Source: Takakia lepidozioides
Taxonomy: Eukaryota > Plantae > Bryophyta
Length of the DNA: 64,000 nt
Direction: 5' to 3'
Assembly: GCA_030704615.1 (NCBI GenBank)
Contig: CM060734.1
Coordinates: forward strand, 7,068,001-7,132,000
Part shown: positions 1 through 11,974 of the stretch, piece by piece
How positions within the stretch are numbered: the first letter of the stretch is position 1
Layout: each line of letters begins with the position of its first letter
The notes under the pieces: model-generated
Seen by the model: only the letters and a program-made list of their open reading frames with translations
Database searches by the model: none
What the model was told of the DNA's origin: nothing
Program-made: the position numbers and the translations under genes

Positions 1-721
1 CCATTACAGCCAATCACAGTCAGTCACAGCCCAACACAGCCTGACACAGCCCGTCATAGCTTCACACAGCCCAACGCAGTTTTGCATAGTTGTCACAGTA
101 CAGGGGGAACGGTTAACATGGACAGGGAACGACTGTGTGGGAACGACATCTGCAGAGGGAATATGATACTTCAGGGGTGACGGTTAGTGAGCAAGGCGGT
201 TAGAACAACTTGTAGGTAGATAAAACGAAGAGCGGGGACTTCTTCGGGGATCACTTCTTAGACATCAGGGGGGGCACGATCTTGGAGCACAGGGATGACG
301 ATTACACAGAAGAGGAGATGATGACTTGATGAAGGTTTATTACATGCAAGCTGTAGAGATATACTGTAGGGTAGACTAGGGACACTATGGCTTCAGCCTC
401 ATACTTGATAGATCTTAATCTGATACACATTTCATACTCACACTGTGTAGAAAGATCTGAGTGAAGCTGTGGAATGAATGGATGAGTGATTGGAACCTGG
501 TAGTTTGCTGAAACAATCTAATGCTTGAATATAAACAATAAGGTAATTAGCTGCCATGAAGGCAAGAAAGAATACAAACAGGAATCACTCCCATGATACA
601 CTAGTTGTAGGTCATGACTGATTGTTCTGAGCGGGCTGAGTGCTTGGAGATATCCAACTCTTCTATCTTGGAGTTCCCACCTCGGATAGTGAAGGGATGG
701 GTGAGTAAAAGCCGTTCGACA
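1..721 (+). repeat. 5' LTR (3' portion) of non-chromovirus Ty3/gypsy family A
   Basis: Near-identical to about 57495-58170. Homology ends at ...GCCGTTCGACA (721) and a PBS follows directly. Starts inside CACAGCC minisatellite units. Confidence 0.85.
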
Positions 722-723
722 TT

Positions 724-741
724 TGGCGACCATACTGGGGA
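724..741 (+). promoter_or_regulatory. Primer-binding site (tRNA-Arg-like)
   Basis: TGGCGACCATACTGGGGA lies 2 nt after the LTR-terminal CA and resembles the complement of plant tRNA-Arg 3' ends. The tRNA identity is inferred. Confidence 0.65.
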
Positions 742-1245
742 ACTGGGTCATGAACAGCCAGATGTGACAGGCATCTGGTGGGATCACGGTGGTTGGAGAA
801 TTAAAGAATTTGATGTGAATTAAATTCCGTGTGAAACTGAGAAGGAAAGATTGTCCAATCGATTCTTTCAGAGGTTCTTGGAATTGCCATACGGTTGTAA
901 AGAAAACATTCTTAAATGATGCTGACCCTGAGTGGGGTCTGGAGAAAGGAGTGATAAAGATTTATCAGGTGGCCTGTAGAGGAAGAGCACGTTGGTTACC
1001 AACACTGGTTTATGTGATAGCATTGCTATCCATTAAGCGAGTAGAGTTTGAAGGCTGGGAGGACATGTAGTATCCTTGGAAACCGAAAGGTGTCTACTGA
1101 TTCAATGACTGGTGCCGAACTCTGGAAAGCAAGAAAAGGAATGGTGGTAGATGTTAACATCTAGATATAGACAATGTAAGCAACCATCTGTCAAACGGGA
1201 ATGACACAAGTAAATGCAACATATTTTGCACGACTATAGCCGAAC

Positions 1246-2224
1246 TTACTCACACTCAAAATCGGAGTCCACGTCGAGATCCTCCTCGGGCTCCTCCAAA
1301 AGTCCCTGTGTGGATGGGGCAGAAGTAGTGCCGGACTCAAGCTGACAAAGCTCGCTTGAGAAGAGCTCCGTATCAGCCTCCATGCCAAAGAAGTGCCTTC
1401 CGGCACTCTTGCAAGCATGAAAAGATGCTCCTGCAAATCCAAGACGAACGAGAAATTAAAACAGGGCTTCCCTAAGGTCACTGCCCATATGTCAAACACA
1501 ATGTGAAGGGCCCCACCTGTGCCCATAGACAACTCAACCACTTGTCCACCATGACGGCTGCATGTCTCCAAAAAGTCTACATGAAAGCTGGAGATTTCTC
1601 CCGTGCACCTCTCCAAGGGACACCAATCGACCTTTTCATAGTTCGACCCGAGTCAACGTAATTGAAGATAACATCATCCTCCACAGGCTCGCAGGTGGGG
1701 TCAATGTGAGCTGCAAGGTCCCTCAACTGGAACTCAGCAACAGTGTCCTTCCGCCTCACCAGGCACAAAGCTTCGAACACTCGAGTCTGTCAATAATCAC
1801 GAAGAGAGCATGAGGCAAAAGACACAACCTACCTTTTGATTTACTGAAAAACCATGAAACTTTAATTGAAATGAACCAACTCACTTTCTGCCCCGGGAAC
1901 TCGCCCTTCGTAAGAGGTAGAGTATTGATGCATGTCCAAGTTTTGATGACACGAAACCCGGAAGCTTTCATGTAGCTGAAAAGAGTTCTTCGTGCCGACG
2001 TGTCCTTTGACTGCATGAGAAGAAGAGCCCCCGAGTTAGAAAGGAATTTGTTGCTGAATGAGAAAGCCCACTGCCAGTAACGAGAATCCGATTTGTTCCA
2101 AGTCGGGGTCGAATTGGAAGGGAACACATCAGGGACAGGAAAACCGTCAGGAATGTCCAGCACCACAAGGTCAGTCGCGTATGCTTGCTGAACTCCATTC
2201 ACCCAATCCGGACTTTTTGTGACC
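1246..2224 (-). pseudogene. Beta-class amino-DNA-methyltransferase-like domain (3 exons)
   Basis: Spliced order: DLVVLDIPDG (motif IV, DPPY-like), FLSNSGALLLM, RVFEALCLVRR, REKSPAFM, FLETCSRHGGQVVELSMGTG|ASFHACKSAGRHFFGMEAD (motifs X, I, II). Introns at about 1886-1788 and 1518-1431. Confidence 0.7.
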
Positions 2225-2921
2225 TTCAGCAAAAAAATAGGAGACAGTGTAAGAAGCCAAATCCAAATCCAGCACGAGATCAACACCCTGGACAAGTCAG
2301 AACAAGTGGCCAAACAACCCTGGAGGGATGTTCTCTCGCCTCGAAAGGCTGCTCCCTCAACTTTGATGTTCTCCTATCCCTCCTAGTTGGAGAAGGCTGT
2401 CTTTGAGGGACCTCTGACGGTCCCTGTCCTTGAGGAGCTGCACTTTTCCCCTTCCCCTTTGGATCCCCGACAATCTTCCCCTTTCGTTTTGGAGTAGCAG
2501 ATTTCTCGGGCTCTTTTGCAGCCAGAGCAGAAATGATTCTATCCTGAATGTCTTTGTCAGCCAGTGGGGCAATTGCTGCGGCGTTGTGGTTCAGGTTTCT
2601 CAGAACAACTTCATCGAATGGTGTGTCTTGTTTTGGCAGGTCGAGGTACCACCCACAGTCTCTGAAGTGCGCCTTGCTCCAGTCTCTGGCAATACCAGCC
2701 GTATACATTGTCTTGTCATTGGAGGGGTCAGCCCATGAGTAGATGAAGTCTGGGTCATCGCTAAGGTACTTTCCCGGTATGAGGACATGATACATGTACC
2801 TGAATCACACACACAAAATCCAGGCAGTCATTCGATCTGAAAATGAAACAGATCACACATCAGGAAAAGGGTATTGAAATGCAGGAAAGCAACACGCAAA
2901 AATCACCTTTGCAGTCCCGAA

Positions 2922-3544
2922 TCAACCTTGCGTTGACACAATGTTGAATCGAGCATAAATGGGAAACACAAAATGCGGAGAACTGTTCTTTGACAAGGGC
3001 AATTCAACATTGCTTCAACGCAAGGTTGTTTTCATTTACAGTGGAAATGGAAAACAGTGCTTGAAAACATCCTTTCGAATATCTACTGGTACGGATATTC
3101 AACATTGCGTTGGCGCAATGTTGATTTCCTCTGTTGAAACACATGTCCATGGTATCTGACAACCACAACTTTCCTACAATTGTATGGAAATCGGGGTATT
3201 GTTGCGGGACATTTCTAGCAATCCATACCACCAAACAATGTTGCGTCAACGCAAGTCTATTTGATGGTACAGAATAAGCTCTAAATAGCATTTCAAACAG
3301 ACTCCAAACAGACTTTATGTTCATCTTGGCAGCATTGAAACTGGAAATGACAGCAAATTATAGCCCAAAAACCCAGGTAGACCTACATAGCCTGGCCCTT
3401 CATCAACCTTGCGTTGACGCAAGGCTGATTTTCCTGTCAGTTTTTCACCTTTCACATGGAGAAAAATGGCATTATGGGAGACCCCACCTATAGGAAATTG
3501 AAACCAAAACAACGGGATACAAGCTTGCGTTAACGCAATGTTGC
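2922..3544. repeat. Intronic cluster of six 26-bp palindromes TCAACCTTGCGTYRACGCAAGGTTGA
   Basis: Copies at about 2922, 3004, 3099, 3235, 3403 and 3519, separated by unrelated spacers. Confidence 0.9.
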
Positions 3545-4773
3545 TCGATTGCACATCCAAAGCCCTCAGAGCTCCCTCATAACCTGCAAATTTGAGCTGC
3601 TATATAGAAAGTACAACACAAGAATGCAGAAACATGCCCTTCAAGTACCAAATTTGTTTCAAGGAGATCACACCTGTACAACACTCGTTTCATTGCTTGC
3701 TTGCTGTTGTACTGGTTTTTGAATTCGTACGACCTGGAGATTCCTTTGTCTTTCTCAAACTCCTTGAAGAAGCAGTTGTTCCAGATAGCGAGCTTCCATC
3801 TCCTGATGTAGGCCTCCAGTGTGATCTGGGGGCAAGCCATCTGGATATTGTAGTCTGCCATGGACTCCCCAATTGCAGCGACTGCACGTTTTTCTAACTG
3901 CAACAAGAAAGCTCATAAGAATTCGCGAGACATTACGGAGCAACACTACTTTCTGAAAATGGTTTTGTGGAAACCATACCAGGCTCCAGAATGTGGCTTT
4001 GTGTAGCCACTGGTCGAATGTGTGGTCGCTAACAACTTTTATTGCTTGTGTCTTCGAGTCCCTCTCAGGAGTTGGGAACATGTTGGTGTCTCTCACAAGT
4101 GGATCCGAATTCCAGATCTCCAACCACCTGATTTTGGTTGCATTGTCCACCATTGAAATGGAAAGGCGATGTAGTTTCTCTTGAGTCATTTCTGGCTTAG
4201 AGCCATACTTGTCATAATGTGCTTTCACCTGCTCCAGAAATTCCGTGCCAAGACCTGGATCTGCTATCCGGATTTGTTTGTCGAATGCACTAATGAGGTT
4301 CTTCCTTTGATTGTTCATCTCGAATTTCATCATGTCCTCAAGCCCAGTTGCAGACCTCTGCTCTTCTGTGTGGGAATCATAGTACTCAGCTTTCGCCTTC
4401 AAACCAGTTTATGCTATTTCTTGCTGCATTCATAACAGGTAAAAGAATCAAACACTGGCGTTTCTTGACAAAATCTGCAGTAACAACAAGCAAACAAGTG
4501 TCAAGAAGCTTACAGTGTACATGTAGTCAAGAAAAGCCTCTCTTGTCAAGCTGTACCATGTGCTTGTCTTCTTCTCAGCACACCTCTTCATCTGCTGAGG
4601 ACTGAGCACGTTCGTGAATGAGTCCAATGGCATCAGCCCTATCTTCTGGATGCGGAATAGAGTGTGGCAGAGATTGGTCGTCACATGAGAGGTTTCATTG
4701 GACCTGGAAAAACCTTCAACTCATAAGTGGATTCCAAATTGTGGGAACTCGGAACAGACACAATGTTGGCAAC

Positions 4774-5377
4774 TTACTTGTTTATGTCGTGCATGGCTGT
4801 AAGGAGCTCCGTGACACGTCCTTTGTGGTCGAGAACCATGGAAACCACGCTCCAGTGCCATTCGATGTCGTCCGTGTGCATGCTTGAAATGTAATCCATC
4901 CAGGTAAGCAGTCTGTGGTTCCCATCCCAGACAAAAAACATCTTTCCCATGAATGCTTTTGTGGAGGCCTTTTTGGACAGCTTAAACTCGAACTCCCTGT
5001 TTACATCCCGCCAGCATGCATCCCAACTTTGCTCAATGTCCTCCGTTACAAGACACTCCTCTCCTTTCGTGTTCATAGTGGATACGTAGAACACTACAGA
5101 TCCCTTGACATAGCCGTGAACAAAGTCGTTCTTCAACTTTGTGATGTCATTCCTCAATGCTGGTCGAACAGCGGGCATGGAGATCATCCTGCAAAGCGGA
5201 ATGACCAGGTTTCCGCCGGGAACCTCCATCGACAGAATCACCTTCGACGAGTTCACTTTTTGCCCACCCATAATCTCCTCGGCCTTGTCTTCATAGTGGC
5301 CCTCCAATGACTCTTCCTCAAAATCACCTTCTGACACTGCCGAATCTTCCCCGATGGATTTCCTTTTTCTTTTCCTC
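4774..5377 (-). CDS. ParB/sulfiredoxin-like N-terminal domain exon
   Basis: IPLCRMISMPAVRPALRNDITKLKNDFVHGY...FFVWDGNHRLLTW contains the ParB/Srx DGxHR motif. Confidence 0.75.
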
Positions 5378-5423
5378 TGCAAAGAATGAATATCCTGTGA
5401 GTGACAGATTGAGCTCCCATGGA

Positions 5424-5949
5424 TCAACCTTGCGTTGACGCAAGGTTGACTGATGGGGATGTAGCTTAGTCTGAAAGGCATCCCGGAATTTCTTTTGAAC
5501 CCAATATATGCTTTGCGTTGACGCAGGGTTCTTCTGGGAGCTTCAAATAATCAACTTTCCCTACCTTGCAGTTCATTGTACGAGAATTCGGCCTCTTGGA
5601 GTGAACAAAAGAGGCATCAAAATCAGCCTGGCGTCAACGCAAGGTTGATTCGAGTGCTGCATCTGCTTCGATTCACCTAAACCCTAAACATACACTCTGG
5701 AGGTCGGCATCAACCTTGCGTTGACGCAAGGTTGATTAGGAGCTCTTGATTTGGTGTTCAGCAAACAAAATATCTACTGGAAAAGTAGATTGCATTCTCT
5801 GCTTTCATCTTAGCAATTGATGATGCATCGGAAGCATTCATCTTCCCCAGCTCTGCATAGCTTGTTTGTAGTGTAGCTTCTTCACTATTTTCATGCCCAC
5901 ATCATATACTTAGGAGGTCGAAATCAACCTTGCGTCAACGCAAGGTTGA
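5424..5949. repeat. Intronic cluster of five 26-bp palindromes TCAACCTTGCGTYRACGCAAGGTTGA
   Basis: Copies at about 5424, 5507, 5623, 5710 and 5924. Confidence 0.9.
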
Positions 5950-7139
5950 AGTCGACCTCTATGTTTAGCATGAAAAAGACAAAAACAGAAAAGGCAAAAG
6001 ACAGTTCATAGCCACCTCCGGTTTCTTCTTTGCACTTGATGATGCTCCTAAGGCATTCAACTTTTCCATGTGGTCTGGAGGTAGCATGCTTCCGAGGAGG
6101 GTCCTGGTGGTGCGAAATAAGGGCGGACGGCAGAGTTTCCGCGTCCATCTCTCCTCCCTGCTCTTTCGAGACCTGGTTCTCCACTCGCAGTGCTTCCTCC
6201 CGAGCCCAGCTCACTTCCTCGTCCTCCCCCCCTTCTATTGGAGGTTGCTCTTCGGTCGCCTCCGGGATCACTTCAAGACCTTCATCTCCAAACTGTGGTT
6301 GCAAAATCATGTTTTGCCCTTCGTTCTCATCTCCACCGGAGGTTTCTTCACCCATTCTAAGTTCCCGTCTCGCCTTCCTCATCCTCTCCTTAGCGCGTGC
6401 CCTTTGCTTCTTTGATGTGAAATAAAGTGTTCTTCGACGCTTGCTTCTCCCTCGGAGTGGGGTCATCGTCTCTGCAGAATCCAGGGTTGCAAGGACAATA
6501 AGGAAAAGAAGGAGGGGAGGGTCACCGCAAGGCCTTCAACGCCAAGATGATCGCTCGGAACAACCTGTTCGCCACATGCTCATTCCACATGCATGGCGAA
6601 CACGTGCCCATCTAACCATTATGAATATCTGCGGAAATCATTAGTTCCTCTTCCATCCAAAATTCGTTCGGGTATAAACTCCTCTCATTCGAAAAAGTTC
6701 ATTATTGGGTAATATCTTTTGGGATGTTTCAAAGGAATGTCAAGTATGTACAGTTGTACAGCGGTGCAGGTGCCGTTAAAATTGAATGGAAATGGGCATC
6801 TCTTCTGGACTCTCTGACATGACAGCCAAATGGCGGCTCTGTCAGTCAACCTCTCAACCAATGCACTGTTGGGGCACCTGCGAAATAACAGTTGGATTCT
6901 TTCATTAGGGCTGACATTATGCACTCCGCAGTTGGGCACTCTGTCACCATCCGCTTGGTTCGCACGGGGACACATTTCTTTGATGTGCCAACCCGTGTTA
7001 GGAGATCTGCAAGCAGGACCGATACCTGCAATTGTGTGTAAGGACGTCTTCTATGCAGCCAAAAACTTCGCTCTAATACACTCTACATTCAGAAGCACCA
7101 TCGGACGGTGAACTCTGCGTTCAGAAGCAACATTGGTAG

Positions 7140-10100
7140 ATGGCCTCCCAGGCCATGGGCTCCCTTGACGCGGACTTCTTCAGTGAGGACCACCCTGTGC
7201 CATTTTCTTACAAGGTGGAAGATGATGGTTTTGCGGTGGTGCATGAACTCGTCCTCGCAATGCAATTTCGGTTGGAAAATGGAACTCTATTCCTTCAGAG
7301 GGAAGTGTACGATGCCAATGGAAAACTGCTCAAGTACGCGTTCCAGAAACCTTCGCATACTGCACCAACCACACAATGGAGAGTGCCTCCAGGCAGATAC
7401 AGGGTGCTTAGTGCTCCTCTGAGACCGTCTGTAGGATCGTTCGTAACTCCTGGCACGGCAGCATCAGTGGCCTAGGAGAAAACACCCATGGTTTTCAAGA
7501 AGGAGACGAGTACCGTTAACACTGTAGTTGAGCTTTCGGACTTCCTCCGATGACGCATGTGCACTACCGCCCGTGGATCAGCCATGTCCACATGAAGAAG
7601 CAGATGTGGAGGAGATCACCAATGTCATTCCTAAACTGAAAGCCATGGGTGGGATGGCAGGATTCAAGAGTGAGTTGAGGGGGATAGACTGGAGCACTTT
7701 CAATATTCAGAGGGTGGCATTCTTGCCGGAATCTTTTGATGGTAATACTGTTTTCGAGCTGCCTCCTCCTGGTCGCGTGGGGGCAATTTCCAGTCTCCTG
7801 GAACGAATGGACAAAAAGCACGATGGGCACCCTTGGTGCCGCACAAAAACCTCCAATATTCACAACAACGACAACCTCATATTCAGGCGAACAGTCTGTA
7901 ATGGGCACCTGAAATGCGAGAACATGAAATGCAGACACTTCGCATTGTCAGGTGTGCAAAACCAAAGCGAATGGGATGGTGTCAGTGAGAATCCATTCAA
8001 GCCTGGGGTGACACCACCATACAGTAACACTTTTGTGTGCAAGTTCTGTAGGGTACCACCTTGCTGCCTTGCTTTGTGTGGCGCCAGAATGTATTATGTG
8101 GTGCATCGATTCAAAACCCTGACTAGAGCCTGTGTCCATTTCGGTTTTCACAACCACCCTGTGTCCAAGGGGGATTATAGGGAGAGCGTTGACACAGTCT
8201 CGCGTCTGATAAGGCAAGAGTTGGATACCAATCCAACTGGAACCACATCTGCAATTGCCATAGGGGCGAGCAAGTCCTTTCTGGAAAGCCGTATTCTGTG
8301 TGCATCAAATTCGGTTGGAGGAATACTGGAGGGACCAGCTTTGGACATTGTTATGGACCATTTCTCAACTTTGACTTCTCCAAACATTAGGAATCAGGTG
8401 AACGCTTTAAGAATGGGCTCTAGGAGCCGAGGTTATATGGACAATATTATGGATTTGAAGAAAAAGGAGCATGTACGACTACATCCAAGATAGCGTTTTC
8501 CCGGGACAAGGAGCCAGGAAAGTGTTCTTGTTCAAAATGTCCACAAAAGGTGAGGGCAGCGGGGTCAGCCTGGTTGAACGTATGCAGAAGGGTGGCGATC
8601 TTGGCAACTGCTTCCTTATGTTTGATCACGTCAAGAGGGTTAAAGACTGGACCACAATGGCATGTCATGTTTACGACCCTGTGTATCAGCGGGTCATGAC
8701 AATTGCAGTGTGTGACATGCAGTCAGAGGACACAGATTCACAGCAGCTCATGTGGGAAGCTCTCATTCGTGTTATGGCCTCCAATGGTCTCCCATCTCCC
8801 AATTTTGTTGGTTTTATGGCCGACAGTGCTCAAGCTAACTTCAACGCTATCCGCATTGTGTTCGGGACGGGAGATCCAAAAGTGCCAATGCCTGGAAGAG
8901 AACGTACGTGTCTTTTCCATTGGACACAATCCCTGGACAAACACACAAAGACATATATCAAGCCAGATATGCAGAGTATGCATCGTCAACTGTGCAAACA
9001 GTACAAAGACGCCAAAACTATGGGGGAAGCGAATACATTGTTCCAGACAATTCGTGTCTGGTGGTACTCATCTAGAGCGGCATCGAAGGACAGCATGAGG
9101 GCACTGGAAGACTGGTTCGCATTTTGGCACTTCCGTTACCGACAGTGGGGAGCGGCCATGACAACGGTGAGTGGTTTGCATTCACCTTTGTTTGGGTGCT
9201 TCGGATATATCTTTCAGGGTCCAATCCTAATATCGGCTTTGTGTTTTTTGCCTTGCAGCATATGTCCATTGAGGAGATGGCGGACATGCCTTCTTGCAAT
9301 CTAGCGGAGACAGTGCACAATGCGTGGTTGCAGCAATCCGGCAAAAAAGGAAGAGATTTGTATGCGGCGACGGCCGATGACCTTATTCGTGCTCTGCAGC
9401 AGCAAACCAAATACAGGTCATTCTTGAGGGGTGGCCTTGGTGGCAAAGGCCCGGACAGGAGCGAGTTGATGTTGCGGGCAGCTGGAAGATCAGGGGATCC
9501 CAGCAAAATAGCGCGGGCAGTGAGCTGTACATCATTAATATCCAGAGGGAAAGAACGCACTGCAGCTCCTACATTCACGGGTTTGTTTCTCCCTTACGGA
9601 CAAGGCGAAACAAAGAACCACAAGTTTTGGTTTTGCGCTGACGATTGTGGGAGATGTGTGCATGGGACAGTGAGGCCTTCCGTGGTGAGGAAGCCTATTC
9701 CACCAACCGTGTGGCCTGTGAAGATGGGCACAGGTCTCACTCACCGAGAGATCGCAATGCTGGAAGAGGCGGGTTTCTCCCTAGCCAGACATTCCATTGC
9801 ACGTGAAGGTGCTTCAAGTACAAGCGGTTCACAGGTACCTCCGCCTGATGCTCTCTTGTGGCCAACCAGACGGAATGGGAAGTTGGTTCGACGATTCCCT
9901 CCAACCGCAGAACACTACGGCAAAATTGAGTCCGCCAGAATGCTTGACGCTCGTGTTGCGGGTACAATGGAAGTGCCTGATCCAGGGTATGGTCGGGTGT
10001 TCACCATGATCTCATCCGCATCTACGCTGCAGGACAGGACGTACAACATCACTGTTTCCAATTTTCCCAATTGTACATGTCCTAATTTTGTTGGTATGCT

Positions 10101-10266
10101 TTCAAGTAGTTTGGGAAAGAGAGGGAAGTTCATACCGTGCAAACACCTTTACTTTGTCTTCTTGAGAAGGATGGTTTGTGATCCAAAGCGCGACTTCTTC
10201 ATTCACCAAGCCACTATGAGTTTCAACGAAGTCAACACACTTCTACAGCGGGATACAAGCCCATAA
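7140..10266 (+). pseudogene. Mutator-like (MULE) transposase with GCM-like Zn DNA-binding domain and C-terminal SWIM finger
   Basis: GCM-like region DGHPW..T.T...CNGHLKC...C..C...RACVHFGFHNHP. DDE motifs MFDHVK / MADSA / CLFHW / NLAETVH. SWIM CTCPNF...CKHLY. Intron 9167-9258. Stop at 7473 and frameshifts near 7530 and 8470. Confidence 0.8.
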
Positions 10267-10539
10267 AAATCTGAGTTTTCCTTGACCTAAACTTGTAATG
10301 GAATGACTGTTCAAGTCCACTGTCTCTCAATGTATGTCGTCTAACATCTTGGCTATGCATGGGTGAATGCATTTGTCGCATTGGTTTGTCATTCTCTTTT
10401 CATTAGCAAACACAAGAAACTACCTTCAGATAGACAGATGATCAAATCAACCTCGTGTCAACACCAAGAGACACAAACCCTAGCTTGGCGTGGCTAAACC
10501 CCTTGGAGAAATGGCTAAACTGCCAGAGCGGCCATGGAT

Positions 10540-11290
10540 GGCGCTGTGACGGGCTGTCCCTGTGGCCTTGGGGGCTGTGACGGGCTGTGAGGGGTTGTGA
10601 CAGGCTGTGCCCGTGGCTTTTGGGGCTGTGAGGGGCTGTGACAAGCCGTGCCTGAGGCCTTTGGGGCTGTGATGGGCTGTGAGGGGCTGTGTCAGGCCGT
10701 GCCTGAGGCCTTTGGGGCAGTGAGGGGCTGCGAGGGGCTGTGACAGGCCGTACCTGAGGCCTTTGGGGCTGTGACGGGCTGTGAGGGGCTGTGTCAGGCC
10801 GTGCCTGAGGCCTTTGGGGCTGTGAGGGGCTGTGACAGGCTATGCCCAGTGGCCTGTGGGGCTGTGCGGGGCTGTGACAGGCTGTGCCCAGTGGCCTGTG
10901 GGGCTGTGATGGGCTGTGAGGGGCTGTGACAGGCTATGCCCGTGGCCTTTGGGGCTGTGACAAGCCGTGCCTGAGGCCTTTGGGGCTGTGATGGGCTGTG
11001 AGGGGCTGTGTCAGGCCGTGCCTGAGGCCTTTGGGGCTGTGAGGGGCTGTGGCGAGCTGTGACGGGCTGTGTGGGGCTGTGACAGGCTGTGCCCAGTGGC
11101 CTGTGGGGCTGTGACGGGCTGTGACAGGCTGTGGCAAGCTGTGATGGGCTGTGCCCTGTGGCCTGTGGGGCTGTGACGGGCTATGAGGGGCTGTGACAGG
11201 CTGTGCCCAGTGGCCTGTGGGACTGTGACGGCTGTGACCAGTGAGCTGTGTGGGCCTGTGCTGGTCTGTGGTGGCCCGTGTTGACCTGTG
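10540..11290 (-). repeat. GC-rich minisatellite (GGGCTGTGA-based, i.e. CACAGCCC on the minus strand)
   Basis: Dozens of 10-nt units (gggctgtgac / ggggctgtga) in a higher-order pattern. Confidence 0.9.
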
Positions 11291-11299
11291 GATGGCCTG

Positions 11300-11965
11300 T
11301 GCTGACTCGTGGAGGCACTACTGGACTGCCTAAGGACTGGCATGTGGTCTTGAAGGCCAAATTTTGAACTCGTGGAGGGCGGTTTGAGGAGTATCTTCAT
11401 GATATTCCCATGGTCATGCAAGTGAGGGAAGAGAGGAGAGGAAGAGTGTTGGGATGAGGGCATGCTGGGGTTAGGCATTGCTTTAGCTTCTCTTCCTCGT
11501 AGTTTCCACCCTCTCATTAGGCCAAGACCTTTCCGTAGGTGGAGGCAAGAGTCAGTCCGGGTTTGGGCTAGGGTGTCCTTGCAGGAGCAACACCGGGGAG
11601 TTGTTTTTGGTGTGGGGGAGTTGTCGTTCTAATTTCTTGTGTTTGGATCCCCTCCATACCTGCATGCTTGACTGTGCGCCATGCTAGTTTTGTGTGGGCG
11701 CTTGTTTTTATAGGTGATTGGTCCGGATTTGATCACCGGCCAGTCCTAGAGCATGCTGTCGATGGTGAGGCTGGGGTGATGACCAGCCAGACCATCATTG
11801 TTTCTCCTGTGGTGAGGTTGGAGGTGATGACCAGCCAACCATAGGAGTGCTTGCGGTGGATGCAGGTACAGGTGTAGGCTATGTTAGGAACTCAGTATTC
11901 CAAACCATAAGCCGCAACAGGTTCTCTACCCGGTTACCTTGTGGAGAGGGGGTTAGGGACATGTT
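11300..11965 (+). repeat. Probable LTR 3' part and leader of methyltransferase-carrying gypsy family B
   Basis: Homologous to about 60700-61280 and directly upstream of gag in both copies. The exact LTR end is unresolved (candidate ...CCGCAACA at 11919). Confidence 0.55.
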
Positions 11966-11974
11966 CATGACCGG

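Larger units (their letters stand above)
1246..6466 (-). pseudogene. Multi-exon gene: basic N-terminus, ParB/Srx-like domain, linker, beta-class N4C/N6A DNA methyltransferase-like domain
   Basis: Exons seen as ORFs 5924-6466, 4774-5481, 4448-4684, 3755-4402, 2280-2795, 1756-2313, 1577-1780 and 1191-1616, with GT-AG introns at the junctions I traced. A TAG plus frameshift sits near 1577; terminal stop at 1246-1248. Confidence 0.75.
1191..10470. mobile_element. Mutator-like DNA transposon remnant (family D1): divergent ParB-MTase gene plus GCM-like/MULE/SWIM transposase
   Basis: Two head-to-head genes with start codons at 6466 (-) and 7140 (+). The same palindrome occurs in the introns and, degenerate, at about 10447. 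No TIRs or TSD identified, so the ends are approximate. Confidence 0.6.

Noticed and set aside
742-1190. Ogre-like 5' extra ORF after the PBS (also 46500-46724)
   Set aside because: Only short interrupted frames with no recognisable motif; possible but unsupported.
4774-5377. Bacterial or plasmid parB contamination
   Set aside because: The gene has spliceosomal GT-AG introns, several diverged paralogues fused to plant-type TEs, and no parA or operon structure.
5678-5688. Telomere-like AAACCCTAAA (similar at about 10476 and 59993)
   Set aside because: Single units only, with no array; not distinguishable from chance or ordinary telo-boxes.
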